A stretch of 63,441 nt of DNA, the filler included, from Sphacelaria rigidula (taxonomy: Eukaryota), in assembly GCA_964200075.2 (NCBI GenBank). It is 9 parts of 9 records of this genome, joined end to end, with 100 filler letters (N's around TTAATTAATTAA, not from the genome) between each part and the next. Parts side by side here need not be neighbours in the genome. Positions count along the whole stretch, not along the records: positions 1 to 6,961 come from CAXNAA020017193.1; positions 7,062 to 14,021 come from CAXNAA020017194.1; 7 more parts are not named here. One strand, written 5' to 3'. The translations under genes were made by a program, and so were the position numbers. Positions 1 through 10,005 of the stretch are shown piece after piece. The notes beneath the pieces were generated by a model that did no database searches, was not told the DNA's origin, and saw only the letters and a program-made list of their open reading frames with translations. Position 1 is the stretch's first letter; each line of letters begins with the position of its first letter.

Positions 1-397
1 CGCCAACCCCATCGGGGGTCCGCCCCTACAAAGCCGGGACGGAGCATGCCGGGTTCTCGCCGGACCAGGCTCACCAGCCGGGGGGGGGCGTTTATGCGGC
101 TCCGCCGCGTTGCCCTATCAAGCTACCCTGGCGCAGTCGCGGGGCATCTTCGCCGCCAGTTATCCAGTCTCAACTGATGGCTGTAAAAACCGGTTGAAAT
201 TTTTTGCAACCAGTTAACTGGTCAGCCAAACTAGTTCACAACTCTACAAATATCAGTTTGAGTGACTGGCCCCCACTACTTCAAGATCAAGTGCGTCATT
301 TTGTAGATGAACTTGAGTATAAATTAGTTATAGACGTAGTTTTTTAATGTGAAGACAACAACAACAACAACGTAGAACGACCGTACTTCGTATTCAA

Positions 398-1283
398 CCC
401 TTAGACGGCGACCCACCCGCTGGTAGACTGAGGTAAACACTCCACTTTTCGGGTTCAGAATCATTCATTTGTCACAACTCAAAACGCCTACTCTACGGCG
501 GAAGGGACCGGGAGTGTACGAGGTGCACATAGTCGTGAGAGTCAGAACACAGACGGTGGTGTGGTTGTCGACCACCTGATAATTACGCCTCAGATTTTTG
601 CTGTGCCGTCTGTAGTGGATCGTGCCGCGGCTGCACGTGCGGTCTGCAGCGTACTGGATCTTACAGTGTCGAACGTGCCGAGTGTACGCAGCGTGCGTTT
701 GGAAATCGCATCATGACTGCCACCGCGAACGCCCCTGACTACCGTAGAGCAATTGCTCAACGATTGCGGTCGCCTCACCGTCCACGTACTTGTCTACATC
801 TACGTGCGTGGGATACTCGTGGCCGCCGCTTGCGTGTTGCGCCATGACGTTTTATACTAGATGGAGGTGTAGAGCTTGTAGGACGCTCAGGTAGTACTGA
901 ACAGACAGACATGGTGCTCAAACACCTGTTTTTTGTTTATATAATCTATGGTTGATTTGGCATTATCAAAATGATATTTGAGGGTAGGCGGCGCATGTGT
1001 TTACCAGCTGTCTACCTCCACCGGAACAAAAGTGCTCATGTTGACGACCGTGATTGGTCAGAATGGTCATCCCGCGACACTCGGCCCTCGTGCCCGGCTC
1101 ATAACTTTCAGCGAGAAACTTCCAAACACACATGGTTGACTCCATGAGTTTCTCCGATGCTCCGCGGAGAGACACCCCCCCCCCCCTCAAAAACCACCCC
1201 CCACCCCGAGCCCTGGAAACCCCGGATGTCTCGGGACTGTCAGCCTGTATAACGTTTCTGAGGCGACACTCATCGTCTAAGGG
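398..1283. mobile_element. Non-autonomous piggyBac-like element, copy 1 (downstream of the PPCDC exon-1 donor, presumably intron 1)
   Basis: Termini CCCTTAGACG...CGTCTAAGGG, flanked by TCAA (left) and TTAA (right). Aligns end to end with 16478-17371. Confidence 0.85.
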
Positions 1284-1628
1284 TTAACATGTTCCCTGCC
1301 CCCCCCGGCAGAACCACAACAAGGAGAAGTGGGTATGGGTCCAAGTTGACTCTGGTTTTATTATTTTGTTCGGGCACCACGTATTGAGCCAATTTCAGGT
1401 TTCATAGTAGCGGGCGCGTTCTGTATAGCTTAGGCTGCCATGCCACCGTCATTTACTTCATTTAAAAATTATAATCAAAGTCTTACGATACATGCAAAAT
1501 CTCGGGAGCGCAAGAGTGTTACTTCTCGAACTAGAGGTCAAAGTCATCCACAGGGTGTTATACCCCGTGCAACATGAAGGCCCATCGGCGCATCTGTCTG
1601 CGCCGTCGGGTTGAACTGTCTATCATAC

Positions 1629-1736
1629 CTCAGCAAAGTCCGCCAGCATCACAGCCAGCTGGGGAGCTTTGACGACTGCCACACTTCCAGTCAAGCACAA
1701 CAGCACCCTAGGCTTCTTAGGTCGTGCCTCTTCCAT
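1629..1736 (-). CDS. PPCDC: Phosphopantothenoylcysteine decarboxylase (HAL3/CoaC flavoprotein family), exon 1
   Basis: ATG at 1736, with an in-frame TAG just upstream, reads MEEARPKKPRVLLCLTGSVAVVKAPQLAVMLADFAE and ends at a GTATGA donor. This matches the family N-terminal motif KPRVLLxxSGSVAxxK...FAEV. No downstream exon was found in this fragment. Confidence 0.85.
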
Positions 1737-2024
1737 ATCCTCAGAGGGCTACCGCGCACAAGCGAAAGAGCCAAAGTCACACTACCCAGCACGAGGATCT
1801 CCCACAACAGACAACAGTAGTACCTCCTTCACAATCTTCGAAAATCATGACCAAATTCCATGCGTCTCGGCACGTGCGGGGAAAGCGCGAGGATCTAACG
1901 ATGCCCAATTCCTTAGCAGATATCGCACTGCCCGTTGCACTTGCTCTCTAGTCGGCACAAATCGTATATCAAAGAAACGAGGGGATCGAGTGCGGCGCAG
2001 AAGCCTATTTAGAACAAAACAGCA
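1737..2024. promoter_or_regulatory. Probable bidirectional promoter / 5'UTR region
   Basis: Only 288 bp separate the divergent ATGs of PPCDC (1736, minus) and sideroflexin (2025, plus). Confidence 0.6.
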
Positions 2025-2182
2025 ATGTTCGCAGAGCTGAACAAAGTGCTCGCAGACTGGAAGCATGCTCAAGAGACACCGCCCTTCCGGTCTACCGGCC
2101 CTCGGTACGACATGTCAACGTTTGTCGGCAGGACCCTGCACTTCTACAGCGTCAACGACCCCCTAACGCTGCTGACGACGAG
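2025..2182 (+). CDS. SFXN: Sideroflexin (mitochondrial tricarboxylate/amino-acid carrier family), exon 1
   Basis: Reads MFAELNKVLADWKHAQETPPFRSTGPRYDMSTFVGRTLHFYSVNDPLTLLTT, containing the PRYDxSTFxGRxxHF...DPxTLL sideroflexin motif. AG|GTGAG donor; phase 2 fits exon 2. Confidence 0.9.
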
Positions 2183-4387
2183 GTGAGAAGTGAAGTTTGC
2201 GGTGTGTGTTGTCGATGCTTTGATGGCAGACCATTGTTCCCACTGCTAGTTTCATTCGTGTGTTGCTAGTTGGTTTCTGTGATCCACAGCTGCCCAGCAC
2301 AGCATACACCAGCAAAATGTCGTCCGTCGTCATTGATCATTCAAATCGGACAGATCGAGCGGGATTACGTCACGCAGCGCATGCGAATGTGTCATGTCTT
2401 TCGCGGCGTATATTTTGAAGCGATTGGGCGATGTGATTAGTAGGCTGTATATGCTTGCATCGGGTGATTGATACCGGATGATATTGTTGACTTTGCCGTT
2501 GCCATGCTGCCATACTGTCGAATTCAGGCCTGATGTACGGGGCGGACGGGTTGGAGCAATACAGGTATAACGTATGACGTCCCGTTACCTGTCTTCACCT
2601 CTTATTTTTTATCCGCTCCCGACCCAAGGGATATGCCTGCTTCGATGAGCTTAGAAACCCATGATATGCAAGTGAGAACAACAGCTTTGATGTCGCTGTG
2701 CTCCCTACAGACACGCAGTGTCCCAATTCACGGGATACCTTCCTATGTCCGAGGCGATGGGAACGGCTGGAGCGGTTATGCCGCTGGGGGGAACAAATTT
2801 TGAGGCAGTGTTCTGCCGGTGATAAGGTCACCTTAGATATCACTCCCACCAAGAAAAACATGGAGTAGTCAACGAACTCAATTATGCATGTAATCACCAA
2901 CACACGGGAACAGCTGTGTAGAAAATCTCGGAAGATTTGTTCTCAATCAACTCCCAGTCAATTGAATCTACTACATAACCCAAGTTAGGGGTGGAGATGT
3001 CTTCGAAAGCACCAACGCTAAAGTCGGCCCACGTATTTTTTGTTGGCCCGCAAGTCATTCTGCGTTCTGCCTTTCCGAGCCCCGATCGAAGATAACTCAT
3101 ATTGTTCGAAAGTCAACGCGACGCCGATGCACATGCGTGGTACTCGCTAACCCCCCTCGTTTAAAGCCACAACTGTGCTCATAACCTCAATACATCGTGC
3201 GATAATTGCTATTTGTGCTGTCAACTTCGACTCCGATTTAATGATTATTCGTTCTAGCAACTTGAAATTCGAGGCATTGTTGATGTTCGCAGACGATATC
3301 TCATCTGGTTTTGTGTTCGGACCCATTGTTCTATGAAAATTTTATAGTACTTCAGATTACACCCCGTTCTTGCGCTGGTCTCATCCCCGGTAAAGAGGGA
3401 CTTGGGGGTGGGGGTCACAATACAGCCGCCCAGTATAAGTGCGCTCTGGTGATGTCTCCCGTGTGTTCAGAGGCATCATGATTCTTGCGTAATGTCACAT
3501 GTATCAAGCCAATACGGTAGATAACACCCCTATCGTTTTCAGGGTGGAACGCAAGGCGTAGTCATGAAGGAATACGGTGCTTGTAGTCTACGCTTTTGAC
3601 CGATACCTTTGTGTGTTGAGTAGGATCTCCATTCATCTGTAATAGGGCAAAGCGGTAGACAAAACACTCTGTGTTATCATATTGGAGGAGATTCGTTGCT
3701 GAAATCCCGCTTGGGGGATAATTTTGATTCCATTTCTAGTGTCGTTGGTTCAAATTTTCCAAAAGCATACCTTGGGAACTCAAGGCCATCGTCATCCGTA
3801 CACTTCAGGCCAAGACGGTAGATTCCACTGTCACCCCCCCCCCCCAAAAAACAACATATATCACAGTAGAAACTACCCCCGAGAACGGCTATTTTCGCGC
3901 GCCCTGCGTCACCCCGCATCCCCCGCCCATTCCAGGTCGTCCAATATTTACTTTTCAATACAAATTGTTGTGGTTCATTCAGTAGATTTGGGACTCTTGA
4001 TGAGTGCTCTAAACCTGTTGAAGCTCGAAAGGCGTTAGAACGTGGCCTGGACAACCGTGAAAATCATCAGGAACAGGCCAAAAATTCAAAAGGACAAAGC
4101 AGACGTGACGCAAAGTGAACCACCTCGAGGACACTTGCACGGAAATGCGGCAACAGATTACACACACTGTGATAGTGCTGCAAACTGCAGTATACAAAAA
4201 ACGCAGTTCGACCAGCAACAGGCAAAAACCAAGGATACGTCGGGACGTCCTGCAGCTGTACTCACTGCCGATAATATTTTGGTCGGCCACTTTTTCCACT
4301 ACTGTTTATGATCATAATCATAATTATGACCATAATCGGAAGATGTACTCTACGCCGCCTCGCTCCGAGTATGCATTTTCGACAATG

Positions 4388-4880
4388 TTTTCGTGAGATA
4401 GAGAGTCTAGGATACGATTGAGACTGACAAGCCGTCAATTGATAAAGAGTTCGGAAAACGCTTTTTTTGTCATTTCAGAGTGCAATTATCTCAGGATCAG
4501 AGTGTAACGAAAAAATATTTCCCCCTCCGTCAAATGTGGTGTCCCCTTGACTTTTTTTCGATGGGGTGTGCCTTTTTATTCTGTACTCTGATCCTGAGAC
4601 ATTTGCACTCTGAAATGACATGAAAGCGTTTCCCGAAACTCTCTAGTGCATGAAATAGTTACAATTCTGAAAAGCCCATCCGGGCCTTATACAAGGCCCG
4701 ATACGCTTTCTGTAGTAGGTTTTACCCCTGAAGCCTTTGATATCCCTGAGTAGAATAACGTCGTGTAGCTGTAAGCACAAGATAGTATTCCAGGCAAAAA
4801 AGAGCGCACAAAATGGAAATATGTTCAAGTTATATGAACGGTAAAACTCGTTCTCAATTGATCCCAGACGACACTTGAGA
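4388..4880. mobile_element. Diverged repeat (family shared with 47115-47405) carrying a nested ~200-bp TIR MITE at 4446-4642
   Basis: 4700-4830 aligns to 47215-47345. The nested MITE has ~60-bp arms AGAGTTCGGAAAACGCTT..TCAGGATCAGAGT / ACTCTGATCCTGAGA..CGAAACTCT. Confidence 0.65.
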
Positions 4881-4959
4881 ACAATATTCTTTGTCATGCT
4901 TCCCCCCGCACATGCCCCTATTTTTTGTTTGTTCCCTCCGCTAAAAGACGTTTTAAGCT

Positions 4960-5345
4960 AGACAACCAGGTTACCGGGGGATTTTGCGCGCTTGTGTTTT
5001 TTCTTGCGGTAATCATGGTGGTTGTTGAGGTACATCATATCGTGCGTGGTGAGGGAAACTCAATTCCGCGCAAGCATGATGATCAAACTACCGTAGTGTT
5101 TAAAATGTGAGACACCCGTGAAGCAGCGTGGAAGCTGTGACTGTCTCCGCAAATGACGATTCCAGAAAATGCACCAACTCATTGGAGGCTGTCATCCGAG
5201 TGCAAGATAATCAGTACGCTTTGGGCCGAAAAATCTCCGTTCATGCGACGCGCCGAACACATCACGGCGCTTCGTCCTCGGTGATTGACAACGAGCCTGG
5301 TCCGGCGAAAGCCCGGCGTGCTCCGTCCGGATCATTGTAGGGGTG
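4960..5345. repeat. Dispersed repeat family (also 1-75, 43270-43800, 49422-49555)
   Basis: Shared blocks TGCAAGATAATCAGTACGCTT and GAGCCTGGTCCGG..GTGCTCCG..TGTAGGG occur in three different fragments. Confidence 0.75.
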
Positions 5346-5423
5346 AGAGGTACAGTACATGGGCTTACGGTTACGCCATGCAATACGATGAGTATACTGA
5401 AATGCGTGCTCCATCCGACGCAG

Positions 5424-5730
5424 GGATGACATGAAGCAAGCGGAGAAGCTTCTGCGCGCCAAGGAAAGGGGGGAGGAGCCGGCCGGAACAACCGACGAGG
5501 ATCTGTGGAAAGCAAGGAGAGTACTCGAGGCCTCTCTGCACCCGGACACAGGGGAACCTATCTTCGCGCCCTTCAGGTTCTCCGCGTTCGTGCCTGTGAA
5601 CATGTTCATCGTCACGGCTACCGTTACCCCGGCTGTGATGCAAAGTTTCCCCGCCACCGCCTTCGTGCACTTCCTGAACCAGACCTACAACGCGGCCATC
5701 AACTACGCGAACCGTAACGCCTCCAACCCG
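5424..5730 (+). CDS. SFXN: Sideroflexin, exon 2 (gene incomplete in this fragment)
   Basis: CAG acceptor and GTGAG donor. Contains LWKAR..SLHPDTGEPIFAPFRFSAFVPVN...NQTYNAAINYANRNAS, the diagnostic HPDTGE and NYxNRN motifs. Confidence 0.95.
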
Positions 5731-5997
5731 GTGAGAGCTTTTCGGAACATGTTGTGGGGGCGTGTTCAAGGGGCGGACAACGTTTGACCTTTCGTCAAAC
5801 GTCCGCTGCTTGAGCAATAGATGTGGTGTGTGGTCCTTTCCCGACATGAGCACTACTGCGCCCTCTCTCGTCTTGACAGGCTCACAGGTAGACCAAGCGA
5901 GAAGTACTCGCCGCTTCGAGAACAAGAAAAGGAGTGCGGGGGTGTCATTTAAGGGTGATGTTGAGCAGTTTGCTCACATGTGTCGTTTGGAGGGTAC

Positions 5998-6405
5998 TAG
6001 GTAGGTACCCGGTACCGGTTTTTGAAACATCTCATACCCTATCGATACCAATCCAATCGGGTATTTTGAAATGTCATATCTACGATACCTACGACACCAC
6101 GGTATTTCGATATTTCAATACCTACCGTACCCGATCAATCGGGAGTTTTCAAATGTCATCATACCTACAATACGTACGATACCACGGTATTTCGAGATAT
6201 CGGTACCTACCGTACCCGATCGATCAGGTATTTTCAAATCGCATACCTACGATACCTACGATACCACGGTGTTTCGAGATTTCGATACCTACCGTACCCG
6301 CTTAACCAGGTATTTTCGAAACTCATACCTACGATACCCACGCATACCACGGCATGAGATACCCGGGTAAATACCGGGGGTACGCTCGGTACGGTACCTT
6401 ACCTA
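5998..6405. mobile_element. MITE with TAGGTAGGTACC termini and internal TACCTACGATACC subrepeats (hAT-like)
   Basis: TIR TAGGTAGGTACC / GGTACCTTACCTA and about five internal 70-80 bp units. No clear TSD. Confidence 0.6.
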
Positions 6406-6544
6406 CGGTGCCCGTGGTACTTTGCATAAGAGACCCCCCGTTGTGCTCGGAACCCTTCAACGAGCAGGAGTGACTGAGGGTTTTTTGGCGATCAAATGGA
6501 GAATGGTTCTGGCGCGAAGCGGGAAAAACAGGATCGACACCAGG

Positions 6545-6699
6545 TTAGTATCTGTAAAAGAATATGAGGTGTCCCACCGCTTCGAGGCTGGTTTGGCAGC
6601 GAGTTCTCCCGCAACAGCAGCGGCTGCTGTTGCAGGAGAACTCGCTGCCAAACCAGCCTTGAAGCGTTGGAAGTCCTCATATCCTTCTGCAGATACTAA
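6545..6699. repeat. 155-bp near-perfect foldback
   Basis: Arms TTAGTATCTG...GCAACAGCAGC / GCTGCTGTTGC...CAGATACTAA. Confidence 0.9.
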
Positions 6700-6884
6700 A
6701 CGGTCTCCATGCGGGTTACCCTCCTCCGCGCCCGAATGACTCTCCACCTGCCGTCCTGGACCACCCATGGTGGTTCCACTACACCACTATACCAGGCCCA
6801 GACCGTCAAACCCCATGATTGAATCAGGAATCTCTGAAGCTCCCCGCCCTAGCCCCATTTGCATGCATTTTTTTAGTTTCCGAT

Positions 6885-6955
6885 CACACGTCCAAACCCC
6901 TCCCCTTCCTCAGGACGAATCCGTGGTCTCAAGGAATCACACCATTCCACCCCCC
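6885..6955. repeat. Dispersed repeat family (also 47740-47930 minus, 50185-50365, 56165-56220)
   Basis: Shared CCCTCCCCTTCCTCnGGAyGArTCCGTGGTCTCAAGG core. Confidence 0.65.
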
Positions 6956-6961
6956 CCCCCC

Positions 6962-7061
6962 NNNNNNNNNNNNNNNNNNNNNNNNNNNNNNNNNNNNNNN
7001 NNNNNTTAATTAATTAANNNNNNNNNNNNNNNNNNNNNNNNNNNNNNNNNNNNNNNNNNNN
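6962..7061. other. Artificial contig spacer (also at 14022, 21082, 28142, 35202, 42262, 49322, 56382)
   Basis: Identical 100-nt N/TTAATTAATTAA/N linker with all-frame stops, recurring at an exact 7060-nt period. Confidence 0.98.
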
Positions 7062-9553
7062 GAATCTGCGATCCATCAGCACCTTCTTGAGCACTCTCAC
7101 CACACGATTCTCATATTGCGATACCGTATCGCTGACCCATCCCTCCTGCGGGCCCAGCGCTTTGCACCATGTCAACAGATGCTTCACCGTCGTTTCCGCC
7201 GTACAAGACTCTGCGGGCTCCAACTGCACGAAGTCGCCCGGGTCATCCATCCTTACCAATATGAACTTGAACCGATCTCCTTTGTCCAAGCCGTTATTTC
7301 CCAGCGGACCACCCTCGCCAACACTGAGAAAATGGAAATGAAAAACCTTCCCTGGGCGAGCACCATGCACCACCTCCTTGTGGTGACGGGAAACTTCCTC
7401 CCCCGCCTTGTACGCACTCATCCAGCGAAAACAGGACTTCTCGGGCGTTGCTCTCGCCCACTCTACCTGCAAACTGCAGTACACGAGCCCGAGCGCCACC
7501 AATGTTGCGATGCAGCGTGCCAACCACGCCATCCTGACCGGAAAGCACGCCCTCGGCCGAGCCTTTGCCTCCACAGCAGCAGGTTTGAATTTCACCTTCA
7601 AGGGCTCGACGCGATCAGGCGGATAACCATGCAGCACTCGCCTAAAAATGCTCGCTCTGCTCCGTACAGGTTCATGAATCTGGCTCACGTCGCTATCCGA
7701 TATGCTGTTACCCGCGGCGGCTTGTACTGCCTCCTCCGGCGCAACATCAAGCTCAGCAAGCTCTTGTTCCGGGGATATGCTCATCGCCGGACTTTTCGAC
7801 AACAACCGCTCGACTGAGGAATAAACGGGCTCCGCCCGACCTTCTGGTTGCTGCAAAGCGTCAACCTCGGTACTGACACGCCGACAGTCCGTAAAATCAG
7901 GTGTGTTTACATCTCGTACCGAAGTGTTTCTTGCACGTGCACAGGCACCTAAGCTACTGTACACGTCAATGCCCAGCGCCTCCAGCGTAGGGCTCCCCAT
8001 GATGATCACATCATCTGTACCCGGCATGACCGCATATGAACATGGGTCCAGCACAACCGGTCCCCAGCTGGTGTGTAAAGCGGTTCGGACAGGGCAAGTT
8101 CTCTGCTTCACGCGGTCAACATTGCCGTTAGCCAGTGTCACCAGCTGCTCATCAACCATCGGTGTGGCCACTCGAACATCTGGAACCATAGCTTGTAATT
8201 TCGCCGCTACACCCACTGACATGGTCGTAATTCCAGATCCCGAGTATAAAATTGCCTTGACCGGACCAACACCCTTTGCCTCTACACTCGGGACAGACAA
8301 GTCGGCAAGACATCACCTTTCCTTGCTGTCTACTTGCAGACCCTCAGATTGAAAACCTGACACCTCACCCGCTTTGAGCGATCTCCATGCTGGCACCGCC
8401 TCAGATTTCGAACCCGGGAACGAGCGCGATGACATGGTCTGCTGCACGCCACCAGTAGAAGCAACTGGTTCCGGTGGCAACATCGCCCCCCCGCTGGGAG
8501 CACTTTGTCGATCGGCTGAAAAGACAGCGCTTGTAGGGGCGGGACTCGTGCCCCCTCCGCGAGGCACCTGTCCAAGGCCCTGCGACAGCTGCTGTTGTTG
8601 CTGCTGCTTGTCCCCGGCCTTCGACTGCCCACCTGTAGTATGTTGTGGAGCAGCAGTTTGCTTTGCTGCTTACAGTCCTTCACGAAGTGGCCCTTGTCTC
8701 CACATGAGAAACAACCTGCATAGCTTGAGCCCGGTTTCCGAGATTTACTGGAACTGGCAGTCTCCCTGCCAGCGGTCGCCGTTTTTCCACCATTCGGTTC
8801 GCTCTTGGATCCGGAAGTCCCGCTGCCGCCCTTTTGTTTCAGCTGCGGCTGCTGACGGCGCTGCTTATCCGCCGCTTCCACCGTCTTCCATGCCTCCGCT
8901 GCTTTCCGAGCCGTATTATACACAAGCCCAGGGTCCTCTTTGCACCCCTCCTTCATGTTCAACATGTTAAGGACTTTGGTTTTGAATTGGGGGGTAGGGG
9001 TTAGTCCATTCAACATTCCCCGCGTTATAATTTGAGCGGGTCCTGGTTTCAAATCTGCATCATCGCGGAACGCGCGCTCAGCGCTAGCATTCTCCGCACA
9101 AACTTCCTCCAGGGCACCCCACTGCCCTTCTACTCTTCCCATTGCGGTTTGCTTGTTGCGGGTTGCCAACACTTTCCGCACACCGGCAGCAGCAACTGAA
9201 GGATCAATCTCTTCATCCTGCCAAAATTTCGCATGTCAGCCTATTGCCTCCTTGAGATCGTCTTCGTCGAGCACGAATCCGTCAAAACTCGTGCGTGACA
9301 AACACGCACGGATGTGCTTCGGCACCAGTTCAGTAACAGTTAGTAAGACGGCCTACATACTACGTCTTTTGTTGTTCATTTTGACCGCCTCTTCATACTC
9401 GAAGTATTTCTGATAAAAACGCCGGGACGCATTTTCGCTAAAATGCCGTCCGTACTCTAGGGCTTTCAGCGATCCTGCAGGCATAAGCTCAGTAAACTTA
9501 AACTTCACCTCTTCGCCTGCATCGCCATCACCCACTTTCTTGCGCGTTGCCAT
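7062..9553 (-). mobile_element. Ty3/gypsy gag-pol, decayed, with RT/RNaseH internally deleted
   Basis: Gag with zinc knuckle CFSCGDKGHFVKDC; protease ILYSGSGIT...IIMG; a short RT N-terminus; then integrase (FHFHFLSV..FILVRMDD..WVSD). Confidence 0.85.
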
Positions 9554-9722
9554 ATCTGCACGCAACAGTTCCAGCCAACCTAGCCGTCTCTCCGTTGTCA
9601 GCGAGCTCCCTCACTTTGCAGAGTGCACACTCCTGTGTACAAAGTCTGATATAATTTCTCCGCAGCTGCCCACAGCTGAAAACCCTCTTCCAGAAACCAG
9701 CGGGTTCCTCTTAATAAGCGTT

Positions 9723-10005
9723 TGTTATAGAGCCCTCCTGGACTCAGAACAAGGTCCCAAGATTGCTCCAAGGGCTTCCTCCGTCACTAGGGCCTGGAGA
9801 CTTCAAGACAGTTGTTATTCATAAACACACAGCCTTCGTTATCAGAAGTAACCACATGCGTGAAGCATGTGATGTTCAAATCCACATAGTCTGCCGATCA
9901 GACCCGCAAGTCCATCAACCAATAGAAGACGCCTACAGCAGATTGTTTGACTTGTAGATCATCATGAACCTGCACGTACGTGTACTGGAGGTGGTCTACT
10001 CTACA
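9723..10005 (-). mobile_element. 5' LTR of the gypsy element, inserted into copia RT
   Basis: Minus strand runs TGTAGAG...ATAACA (283 bp). The copia RT frame (PEICNTVRA) breaks at 10006. Confidence 0.65.
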
